This document shows positions 27,446-35,900 of a DNA stretch of 64,000 nucleotides, piece by piece. Both the position numbers and the translations under genes were made by a program. Every line of letters starts with the position of its first letter. Position 1 is the first letter of the stretch. Below the pieces are notes generated by a model. It ran no database searches, was not told the origin of the DNA, and saw nothing but the letters and a program-made list of their open reading frames with translations. Source of the stretch: Virgisporangium ochraceum. Its GTDB lineage: Bacteria; Actinomycetota; Actinomycetes; Mycobacteriales; Micromonosporaceae. The stretch covers positions 29,901 through 93,900 of the forward strand of contig NZ_BOPH01000083.1 of NCBI RefSeq assembly GCF_016863655.1, written 5' to 3'.

Positions 27446-27929
27446 GGCTGAACTGCTGACGCTCGTACGCCCCGGCCTGCCACCACCGGCCGTGCGGGTG
27501 CCGGCCGGGTACACGCTGCGCGCCTGCTCCCCCGACGACGTCGAGCCTCTCGGTGACCTGTACTTCGCCAGCTACGACCCGGGCGTGGCGAGCGCCACCC
27601 GGGAGGAGGCGGTCGCCGACATCCGGGCGGCGTTCGCCGGCGAGTACGGCGAGTTGTGGCCCGAGGCGTCGCTCGTCGTGGAGACCGGGGCAGGGGGCCT
27701 CGTCGGCGCCGTCCAGGTGGTGCGGCGGGCGCCGTGGCCCGACACGCCGAACTGCCCGTTCGTCATCGAGCTGTTCACGGACCGGGCGCACCGCCGGCGT
27801 GGGCTGGGCCGCACGCTGATCGCGGCGGCACTGGACGTCACGCGGTCAAGAATGGCGCTGCGCGTCGCGGACGGCAACGGGGCCGCCCTGAACCTGTACC
27901 GGGGCCTGGGCTTCGAACCCGTCGGCTAG
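27444..27929 (+). CDS. GNAT family N-acetyltransferase
   Basis: ATG at MAELLTL within ORF 27435..27929. GNAT motif A present (RRRGLGRTLIAAAL...LGF). Confidence 0.75.
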   Translation: MAELLTLVRPGLPPPAVRVPAGYTLRACSPDDVEPLGDLYFASYDPGVASATREEAVADIRAAFAGEYGELWPEASLVVETGAGGLVGAVQVVRRAPWPDTPNCPFVIELFTDRAHRRRGLGRTLIAAALDVTRSRMALRVADGNGAALNLYRGLGFEPVG

Positions 27930-27937
27930 AACGCAAC

Positions 27938-27992
27938 GGGTGGGAGGTCATCAACGTCAACCAGGCGCTGTGAGGTTGATAACCTCCCACCC
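27938..27992. repeat. 18-bp near-perfect inverted repeat (GGGTGGGAGGTCATCAAC ... GTTGATAACCTCCCACCC, 1 mismatch) with a 19-nt spacer
   Basis: In the 129-bp gap between the GNAT stop and the Gfo/Idh/MocA start. Confidence 0.4.
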
Positions 27993-28058
27993 GACGGGCG
28001 AGCGAGCCGTCGGAGACGGTGAGACGTTCACCGGCGTGCCCAGGGGGACGGACTGAAC

Positions 28059-29069
28059 GTGATCGCATTCGGAGTCGTCGGCATCGAGCACCCGCACGCG
28101 ATGAACATGATCGCCGGCCTGCTCGCGGCCGGTGCGCGCTGCGCCGGCCTGTACACCGCCGAGCCCGGACCGGTGTTCGCGCAGTGCCGGGCCCGGTTCC
28201 CCGACCTGCCCGTCGTCGACGACGCGCGGCGGCTGATCGAGAGCGTGGCCTTAGTCGTCAGCGCCGACGTTCCGGACCGGCGCGCGGCGGTGGCGGTCTC
28301 CGCGTTGCGCGCCGGCAGGGACGTTCTCGTCGCGAAGCCGGGATGCACGACGCCCGGGCAGCTCGCGGAGATCCGGGCCGCGGTCGAGGAGACGGGACGC
28401 CGGTGGGTGGTCGCGTTCTCGGAACGGCTGCACGTGCGGTCGGCCGTGCGCGCGGGGGACCTCGTGCACGCCGGTGCCATCGGCACGGTGGTCCAGACGA
28501 TCGGACTGGGACCGCACCAGCTGAAGCTGCCGACGCGTCCCGGCTGGTTCTTCGACGTGGAACGCAACGGCAGCATCCTCACCGACCTCGCCTCGCACCA
28601 GATCGACCAGTTCCTCTACTACACCGGATCGACCGACGCCGAGATCGTGGCGAGCACCGTCGCCAACTACGGGATGCCGGAGCGCCCGTCGTTCGAGGAC
28701 TTCGGCGAGGTGCTGCTCCGGGCGGAGCGTGCACACGGGTACGTCCGCGTCGACTGGTACAGCCCCGACGGGTTGAAGACCTGGGGTGACGGGCGGCTGA
28801 CGATCCTCGGCACCGCCGGCTACATCGAGCTACGCAAGTACGTGGATCCCGCCGGACGGGCGGGCGGCGACCACCTGTTCCTCGTGGACGGCCAGGAGAC
28901 CCGGTACGTCGACTGCTCCGACGTGCGGCTGCCGTTCTACCCCGACCTCGTCCGCGACGTGGAGGAGCGTACGGAGACGGCGATCGGCCAGGAGCACACG
29001 TTCACGGTCTCCGAGCTGTCGATCCGCGCGGCGGAACAGGCGCACCGGGCCGGGCACCTCACGGGGTGA
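28059..29069 (+). CDS. Gfo/Idh/MocA-family oxidoreductase
   Basis: GTG start. N-terminal Rossmann fold (IAFGVVGIEHPHAMNMIAGL) followed by a C-terminal alpha/beta domain. Confidence 0.85.
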   Translation: MIAFGVVGIEHPHAMNMIAGLLAAGARCAGLYTAEPGPVFAQCRARFPDLPVVDDARRLIESVALVVSADVPDRRAAVAVSALRAGRDVLVAKPGCTTPGQLAEIRAAVEETGRRWVVAFSERLHVRSAVRAGDLVHAGAIGTVVQTIGLGPHQLKLPTRPGWFFDVERNGSILTDLASHQIDQFLYYTGSTDAEIVASTVANYGMPERPSFEDFGEVLLRAERAHGYVRVDWYSPDGLKTWGDGRLTILGTAGYIELRKYVDPAGRAGGDHLFLVDGQETRYVDCSDVRLPFYPDLVRDVEERTETAIGQEHTFTVSELSIRAAEQAHRAGHLTG

Positions 29070-30198
29070 CCTCGGGCCAGTCGAGCATCCGCGCGCCGAG
29101 AACGGCCGTCTCCACCGTGTAGCGGTGGTCGGGGTTCGACGGGTCGTACCCGGTGAGCCGGTGGATGCGGGCCAGCCGGTAGGTCAGCGCGCGCACGCTC
29201 AGGTGCAGGTCACGCGCGGCGGCCGTCGCGTTGCCCGCGCGGAAGTACGCGGTGAGCGTGTCGAGCAGGGGACGCGCGCCGCCGCGGGCGTCCTGCAACG
29301 GCGACAGCACGGTCTCGACGAGGTCGACGATCGCCGCCCGGTCGCGCCCGAGCACCTGGTACACAAGGAGATCCGCGCCGAGCAGGTGGTCGGCCGCGAC
29401 GCCGAGGCGCGACGACAGCTCCAGCGCCGTACGCGCCTCGTCGTAGGAGCGGGCCACCCCGCCGGGACCGGGATGCGGCCGGCCGACCCCGACCGTGCCG
29501 GGACGCTCGTGCCCCACCGCCGCACGGACGTCGGCGAGCACCGCACCGCTGTCGGTGCTCTGCACGACGCACACGAGCAGCCCCTCCTTGGTGGCGATCA
29601 GCACACCGGTGCCGCCCAGCCGGCCCCGTACCGCGTCGGCGACACTCCGCGTGCGGTCGTCGGCGTCGGTGAACGCGTTGCCTCCGTTGAGGACCGCGAC
29701 GACGTGGTGCGCCACGAGGTACAGCCCGAAGCCGCCGGCCCGTTCCGCCAGCCGGCCGGGGTCGGCACCGTGGAGCAGGTCGTCGATGAACTCCCGGCGC
29801 AGCGCCTCCTCCGCGCGGATGGCCGAGCGGTGCGCGTCGTCGTAGCCGTCGGCGAGCGCGACGACCGCCTCGTTCGCGGCGCGCAGCACGGCCGCGGTGA
29901 CGTCGTGCCGGCGCGGCGTGCCGGTGTCGGGAAGGTCGGTCCACGCGAGCCGGGTGGCGCCGAGGTACACGTCGACGAGCGTGCCGAGCGGAACGTTGTT
30001 CTCGGCCGCCCGCCGGCCGAGCAGCCGCCGGTCGTCGCGCTCCTTACGGGTCAGGCCCCGGCCGGTGCGCCGTACATCGCGCACGATCTCCAGGTACCCC
30101 TCCAGCAGACCGGGGTCGGTGCCGCTCGACGCGGCGGCGCGGCGGGCGATCGCCGCGATGGTCTCGGCCAGCGCGGCGCGGCTCGGTGAACGGGGCAC
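29059..30198 (-). CDS. PucR/CdaR-family transcriptional regulator
   Basis: C-terminal PucR HTH (LDTLTAYFRAGNATAAARDLHLSVRALTYRLARIHRLTG). Convergent with the oxidoreductase gene, overlapping it by 11 bp. Confidence 0.8.
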   Translation of the reverse strand: MPRSPSRAALAETIAAIARRAAASSGTDPGLLEGYLEIVRDVRRTGRGLTRKERDDRRLLGRRAAENNVPLGTLVDVYLGATRLAWTDLPDTGTPRRHDVTAAVLRAANEAVVALADGYDDAHRSAIRAEEALRREFIDDLLHGADPGRLAERAGGFGLYLVAHHVVAVLNGGNAFTDADDRTRSVADAVRGRLGGTGVLIATKEGLLVCVVQSTDSGAVLADVRAAVGHERPGTVGVGRPHPGPGGVARSYDEARTALELSSRLGVAADHLLGADLLVYQVLGRDRAAIVDLVETVLSPLQDARGGARPLLDTLTAYFRAGNATAAARDLHLSVRALTYRLARIHRLTGYDPSNPDHRYTVETAVLGARMLDWPEVTP

Positions 30199-30314
30199 CC
30201 CTTACCTCCTTCGTTGCCGGGAACCGGCAGTGAACGCACCGCCACCGTAGCCGAGCCGCGCTCTATCCCGGTCATACATCTTCCACGATCATGTAGGCGA
30301 CGACAGAGGCGGAG

Positions 30315-30941
30315 GTGGGAACGGTGGCGGAATTCATCGAGGCGACACTGGCCTTTCCGACCGCTCTGTTCTCGTTCCTGCTCGTGGTGGCCGTCGGCTA
30401 CTGGGTCGTGGTTCTGCTCAGTCTCCTCGACCTCGATCTCTTCGACGCGGCGGGCGTCGACGCCGACGGCGTCGCCGCGGCCGACAGCGGGATCGCCTCC
30501 GCCATGACCGCCGCCGGGCTCGGTGGCGTGCCCGTCACCGTGGTTCTCACGGTGCTGATCGCGTTCGCGTGGTTCTTCAGCCTCGCCGGGAACGCTTTCG
30601 TGGGCGGCATTCCGCTGGCGCGCGCCGTGGTGCTTCCGGTCGCGCTCGGTGGTGCGTATCTCGGCACCCGGTCGATCGTCGTGCCGGTCCGGCGCCTGCT
30701 CCCGCACCGGCCCGCACCGTCCAGGATGGACTTCGTCGGCCGGCACTGCGTGGTGCGCACCGGCCAGGTGGGTCCCGACTTCGGCCAGGCCGAGGTGACC
30801 GCCGACGACGGGTCCACCGCGATCATCCAGGTGCGCCTGGCCGCGTACTCGCTGGCCGATGCCGGCTGGACCGCGCTGATCTACGACTACGACGCCGAGA
30901 CCGAGGCGTTCTGGATCACGCCGGCCGAACCGGCCATCTGA
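30315..30941 (+). CDS. NfeD/YqiJ-like membrane protein (3 TM + C-terminal OB-fold beta-barrel)
   Basis: GTG start with RBS GAGGCGGAG. Three hydrophobic helices, then a C-terminal domain GRHCVVRTGQVGPDFGQAEVTADDGSTAIIQVRL typical of NfeD short forms. It is the first gene of the flotillin operon. Confidence 0.7.
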   Translation: MGTVAEFIEATLAFPTALFSFLLVVAVGYWVVVLLSLLDLDLFDAAGVDADGVAAADSGIASAMTAAGLGGVPVTVVLTVLIAFAWFFSLAGNAFVGGIPLARAVVLPVALGGAYLGTRSIVVPVRRLLPHRPAPSRMDFVGRHCVVRTGQVGPDFGQAEVTADDGSTAIIQVRLAAYSLADAGWTALIYDYDAETEAFWITPAEPAI

Positions 30942-31033
30942 AAACCCTTTCTCCGTAAGCCCTTTCTTCGACGGGTGCCACGCGTTGACCGTGGCCCCCG
31001 ACGACTCGCGCGCCCATAAACAGGAGGTGTCCG

Positions 31034-32968
31034 GTGGACGAAATCACCGTGGGAATCGGTGTACTGCTCGCTGTGCTGCTCATGGCCGGGTTCGGCCTCG
31101 CTGTCTTCGTCACGCGGCTGTTCCGCAAGGTGCCGCAGGGCAAGGCGCTGATCATTTCCAAGGTACGCAAGGTCGACGTGACGTTCACCGGCGCCGTCGT
31201 GCTCCCGGTGCTGCACAAGGCCGAGGTCATGGACATCGCGGTCAAGACCATCGACATCGAGCGGACCGGCCGCGAGGGCCTGATCTGCCGCGACAACATC
31301 CGGGCCGACATCCGCATCACGTTCTTCGTCCGGGTCAACAAGACCGCCGAGGACGTCGTGAAGGTGGCACAGGCCATCGGCACCGACCGGGCCAGCGACC
31401 GGGAGACGCTGCAGGAGCTGTTCAACGCCAAGTTCTCCGAGGCGCTCAAGACCGTCGGCAAGCAGCTCGACTTCGTCGACCTCTACACCAAGCGCGAGGA
31501 GTTCCGCGACCGCATCATCCGGGTCATCGGCACCGACCTCAACGGCTACAGCCTCGAGGACGCGGCCATCGACTTCCTCGAGCAGACCCCGATGAACCGG
31601 CTCGATCCGGCGAACATCCTCGACGCGCAGGGGATCCGGAAGATCACCGAGCTCACCACGATCGAGCACGTCAACACCAACGAGTTCCAGCGCACCGAGG
31701 AGAAGGAGATCACCCGCCAGAACGTCGAGGCGCGGGAGGCGATCCTCGAGCTGCAGCGGCGGCAGGCCGATGCCGAGATCCGGCAGCATCGGGAGGTCGA
31801 GATCGTCCGGGCCCGCGAGGAGGCGGAGATCCAGCGGGTGCAGGCCGAGGAGCGGCTGCGCGCGCAGACGGCCCAGCTGCGCACCGACGAGCACCTGAGC
31901 GTCCAGCGGGAGAACCGCGACCGCGAGATCGCCGTCGCGGCGAAGAACCGCGAGCGGGTCATCGCGATCGAGACCGAGCGCATCGAGAAGGACCGGCTGC
32001 TGGAGGTCGTGCAGCGCGACCGCGACGTGGAGCTGTCGACGATCGCCAAGGACAAGGAGGTCGAGGCCGAGAAGCGGGACATCGCGAACGTCATCCGCGA
32101 GCGGATCGCCGTGCAGAAGACGGTTGCCGAGCAGGAGGAGGCGATCAAGCGGCTGCGCGCCGTCGAGGAGGCCGAGCGCACCCGGCAGACCGTCATCATC
32201 CAGGCCGAGGCGCAGGCGCAGGAGAAGCTCGTCAAGGACATCAAGGCGGCCGAGGCCGCCGAGCAGGCAGCCGCGCACAAGGCCCGCGAGTCGGTGGTGC
32301 TCGCACAGGCCCGGCGCGAGGCCGCCGAGCTCGACGCCGCCGCGAAGGCCCGGCTGGCCGACGGCATCCGCGCCGAGACCGCCGCACCGGGGCTCGCCGC
32401 GGTGGAGGTCAAGGAGCGCGAGGCCGACGCGATCGCGAAGGTGGGCCGGGCCGAGGCGGCCGCCGCGGCCGAGCACGCACGGGTCGCCGCCGACGCGGTC
32501 CGCGACCGGATGAAGGCGGAGGCCGAGGGCCTCACCGACAAGGCCGCGGCGATGGCCGCCCTCGACGAGGCGAGCCGGGAGCACGAGGAGTACCGGCTGC
32601 GGCTGGAGCAGGAGACGAAGGTCCGCCTCGCGGGCATCGAGGTGCAGCGGTCGGTGGCGGAGTCGCAGGCGCGGGTGCTGTCGGCGGCGCTGGAGAACGC
32701 CAACGTCGACATCGTCGGCGGCGACAGCCAGTTCTTCGACAAGCTCGTCGGCGCGGTGTCGCTGGGCAAGAGCGTGGACAGGTTCGTCGACCACTCGGCG
32801 GTCGCGCGCAGCCTCGCGGGGCCGTGGCTGGAGGGGTCCGCGAACCCGGTCGAGGACCTGGCGAAGCTGCTCGGTTCGGTCAACTCCGGTGACGTGTCGA
32901 ACGCGGCCCTGTCGGCGCTGCTGCTCCAGCAGATGCGCCACAACGGGTCGGAGAAGGCGGCGGCGTGA
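31034..32968 (+). CDS. flotillin-family SPFH/band-7 protein (YqiK/FloT-like)
   Basis: GTG start with RBS AGGAGGTG. N-terminal TM hairpin, an SPFH domain (KVDVTFTGAVVLPVLHKAEVMDIAVKTIDIERTGREGLICRDNIRADIRITFFVRV), and a long Glu/Ala/Arg-rich coiled-coil flotillin domain. Confidence 0.9.
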   Translation: MDEITVGIGVLLAVLLMAGFGLAVFVTRLFRKVPQGKALIISKVRKVDVTFTGAVVLPVLHKAEVMDIAVKTIDIERTGREGLICRDNIRADIRITFFVRVNKTAEDVVKVAQAIGTDRASDRETLQELFNAKFSEALKTVGKQLDFVDLYTKREEFRDRIIRVIGTDLNGYSLEDAAIDFLEQTPMNRLDPANILDAQGIRKITELTTIEHVNTNEFQRTEEKEITRQNVEAREAILELQRRQADAEIRQHREVEIVRAREEAEIQRVQAEERLRAQTAQLRTDEHLSVQRENRDREIAVAAKNRERVIAIETERIEKDRLLEVVQRDRDVELSTIAKDKEVEAEKRDIANVIRERIAVQKTVAEQEEAIKRLRAVEEAERTRQTVIIQAEAQAQEKLVKDIKAAEAAEQAAAHKARESVVLAQARREAAELDAAAKARLADGIRAETAAPGLAAVEVKEREADAIAKVGRAEAAAAAEHARVAADAVRDRMKAEAEGLTDKAAAMAALDEASREHEEYRLRLEQETKVRLAGIEVQRSVAESQARVLSAALENANVDIVGGDSQFFDKLVGAVSLGKSVDRFVDHSAVARSLAGPWLEGSANPVEDLAKLLGSVNSGDVSNAALSALLLQQMRHNGSEKAAA

Positions 32969-35900
32969 CGGGGGGCACGTCGACGACGGTCGGGCCGGAC
33001 ACGGGTGCCTACGCGGTGCTCCGTGCCCGGCTCGCCCGGCACGGCCGGGATCTGGCGAAGGCCGCGGAGAAGCTCGACGCTCAAAGAGCGACCACGTTCG
33101 CGTCAACCGCGCTGCGCGTGCTCGGATTGGAACGTGTCCGAACCCCGGCACCGACCGTCGCGCGGGATGTGGTCTGGGTAGGCGGCAGACTCGTCGTCGG
33201 CTTCGAGGGGACGCTCGCCGCGTACACGTTCCACCGCGAGGGCGAGACGTTCCACCTCACGCCGTCGGGCGCGGCGTGGCTGCGCGACGAGCGGCTGCAC
33301 GCCGACCTCGCCGAGCTGTTCCGGTACCACCGGCACACCCGGCTGCTCCGGCTGCGCGTGTTCGACGACCGGCTGCTGGCGACGTTCCAGGTCGGCCCGC
33401 GCCCCACCGACATCCGGGTGCTGCGGTGGGCGGTCGCGGCCGACGGCTCGGTGTCCTATGTGGACAACCAGGGTGAGCGGGAGCGCGCGGCGCCGCCGCC
33501 GGCCGACGTCGGATGGACGCCCGCCGGCCGGGAGGACCAGGTGCTGGTCGACCGGCGGCCGGTGCTCCTCGTCGACGGCGCCATACACGTGTCGACCACC
33601 GGTGGTGCGCTGACCGTCACGCCGGCTGACGACCGGGACCCGGTCTTCAGCGAGCCGGTCGACGAGCCGTTGCAGAGCCTCGCGGACGCCGACGTGGCGT
33701 ACGCCCGCGTCGGTGCGCTGGTGCTGCTGCGGGTGCGGCCCTACCGCGAGGAGTCCGACCGGTACCTCGCCTACAACACCCACACCCGCGAGGTCGTGCG
33801 CCTCGACGGGCTCGGCCGCGCCGTCCGGCGCCTTCCCGACGACCGCGGCGTCGTCTTCCCCGGCGGCTACTGCCTCAGCGCCGGCCCGGCCCGCGGGTTC
33901 GACGTCGACGACGAGGGGATGGAGTTCGAGCGCGTCGTGCGGCCGGCGGGCGGTGCCGACCTGCTGTACGTGTTCCACGCCCGGACCACTGGACGCTCGT
34001 TGCTGGTGCCCTACGACGTGGTGCGCGACGAGGTGGTCGCGCCGATCGAGGGCACCGGCCACGCGCTGACCGACGACGGCATCCTGCTGGTGCTGAAGGA
34101 CTCCGGCGCTGAGCCGACCCGCACGCACACCGTGCAGGCGTGGCACACCCCGTACGTCGACGAGGCCGCCGGCCCGGCCGGCGAGGGTCCGCTGGCGCGC
34201 ATCGGCAACGCCGACCTCGTCCGCGCGGTCTCCGACTGTCTGGCGCTGGCCCGGTCGGCGCGCGACGTTCCGGAGTCCACGGCGGCGATCGAGGCGCTCG
34301 CGGCCGCCGGCAACCGGCTGCTCGACCGGCACCACTGGCTCGGCGACGCGGCGCTCGCCGAGGCCGGCGTAGGCGATCTCCGTACGCCGGTCGCGGCCGT
34401 CCGCGACGCGGCCGTGCGGCTGCTGGACGAGTACGAGCGGACCCGGGTGGCCGTCGCCGCCTCCCGTGCGGCGGAGGACGAGGCCGCCGAGCAGGTGACG
34501 GCGCTCGTGCGGCGGGCCGAGGGCGAGCGGCCGGACAGCACGGCCGGCTGGGTCGGGCGGCTGGCCGAGCTGCGGGCGGCGCACGGTCTCCTCGCGGGCG
34601 TCCGCGAGCGGCCGCACGTCCGTCCACAGAGGATCGACGACCTGGCCGCGGCGCTCGACGCGGCCACCGCCGACGCGGGCCGGCGGGCCGTGGAGTTCCT
34701 CGCGGCGCCGGACGCGTTCGCGCCGTACCACGCGCGGCTCGACGGTCTCGACGCGGCCGCGCGCGAGGTCGCCACGGGCGCTGACGCCGACGCCTTCGCC
34801 GAGCGCCTCACCGCGGAGGTCGACGCCCTGCGCGCGGTGACCGACGTCGTCGGGACCCTGGACGCCGCTGACACGGGGCAGCGGGCCCGGATCCTGGAGC
34901 AGGTCGGCACCGTCCTGGGTGGACTGAACCGGACCCGCGCGACGCTGGACGCGCGGGTCCGGGAGGTCCGCTCGGCCGAGAGCCGGGCGGCGTTCGCCGC
35001 CGAGTCGACGCTGCTGCAGCAGTCGGTGACGGCCGCTCTCGCGCTGGCCGACACACCGCGGCGGTGCGACGCCGAGGTCGCCTCGCTCCTGGTACGGCTG
35101 GAGGACCTGGAGGCGCGGTTCGGCAGCAACGACTGGTTTGTCGCCGGGGGAGGCGACGAAGAGGACCAGCAGGCCACGCTGGCGGCCACCCGCGCCGCGG
35201 TCACCGACGCGTTCGCGGCCCGCAAGCAGGCGCTGCTCGACGAGCGGGCGCGCCGCGTCGACCGGGTCGCCGCGTCGTGCGAGCGGGTCTTCGCGGCCAT
35301 CGCGCACCGCTCTGCCGCGCTGTCCACAGTGGAGGAGGTGCGTGCGTACTTCGCCGGCGACCCGCTCGTCGGCCGCCTGCGCGCGCTCGCCGAGGAGCTG
35401 CGCGGGCTCGACGAGCCGGTGCGGGCCGTCGACGTGGCCGCCCGTCTGGTCGCCGCCCGCCAGGACGCCAACCGCACGGTCCGCGACCGGGCCGACCTGT
35501 ACGACGACGGCGGCGCGACGATCCGGCTGGGCGCGCACCGGTTCGCGGTCACCACGGAGCCGGTCGAGGTCGCGGTGCTCCCCCACGGCGACGACCTCGC
35601 CGTCACGGTCACCGGCACCGGCTACCGCCGCCCGGTCCGTGACGACGGGCTCGCCACGACGCGGCGGTTCTGGGACCGGCCCGTGGTGTCCGAGTCGCCG
35701 ACGGTGTACCGGGGCGAGTACCTCGCCGCGTCCCTGCTCCCCGCCTGCGGGCCGGGCACGGACCTCGCCGCGCTCGTCCGGGAGGCCGCCGCGGCCCGGC
35801 ACGACGAGGGGTACGTGACGGGCGTGCACGACCACGACGCCACCGCGATCCTCGGCGCGCTCGTCGACGCGCGCGCCGCCGCCGGCCTGCTGCGGTACCC

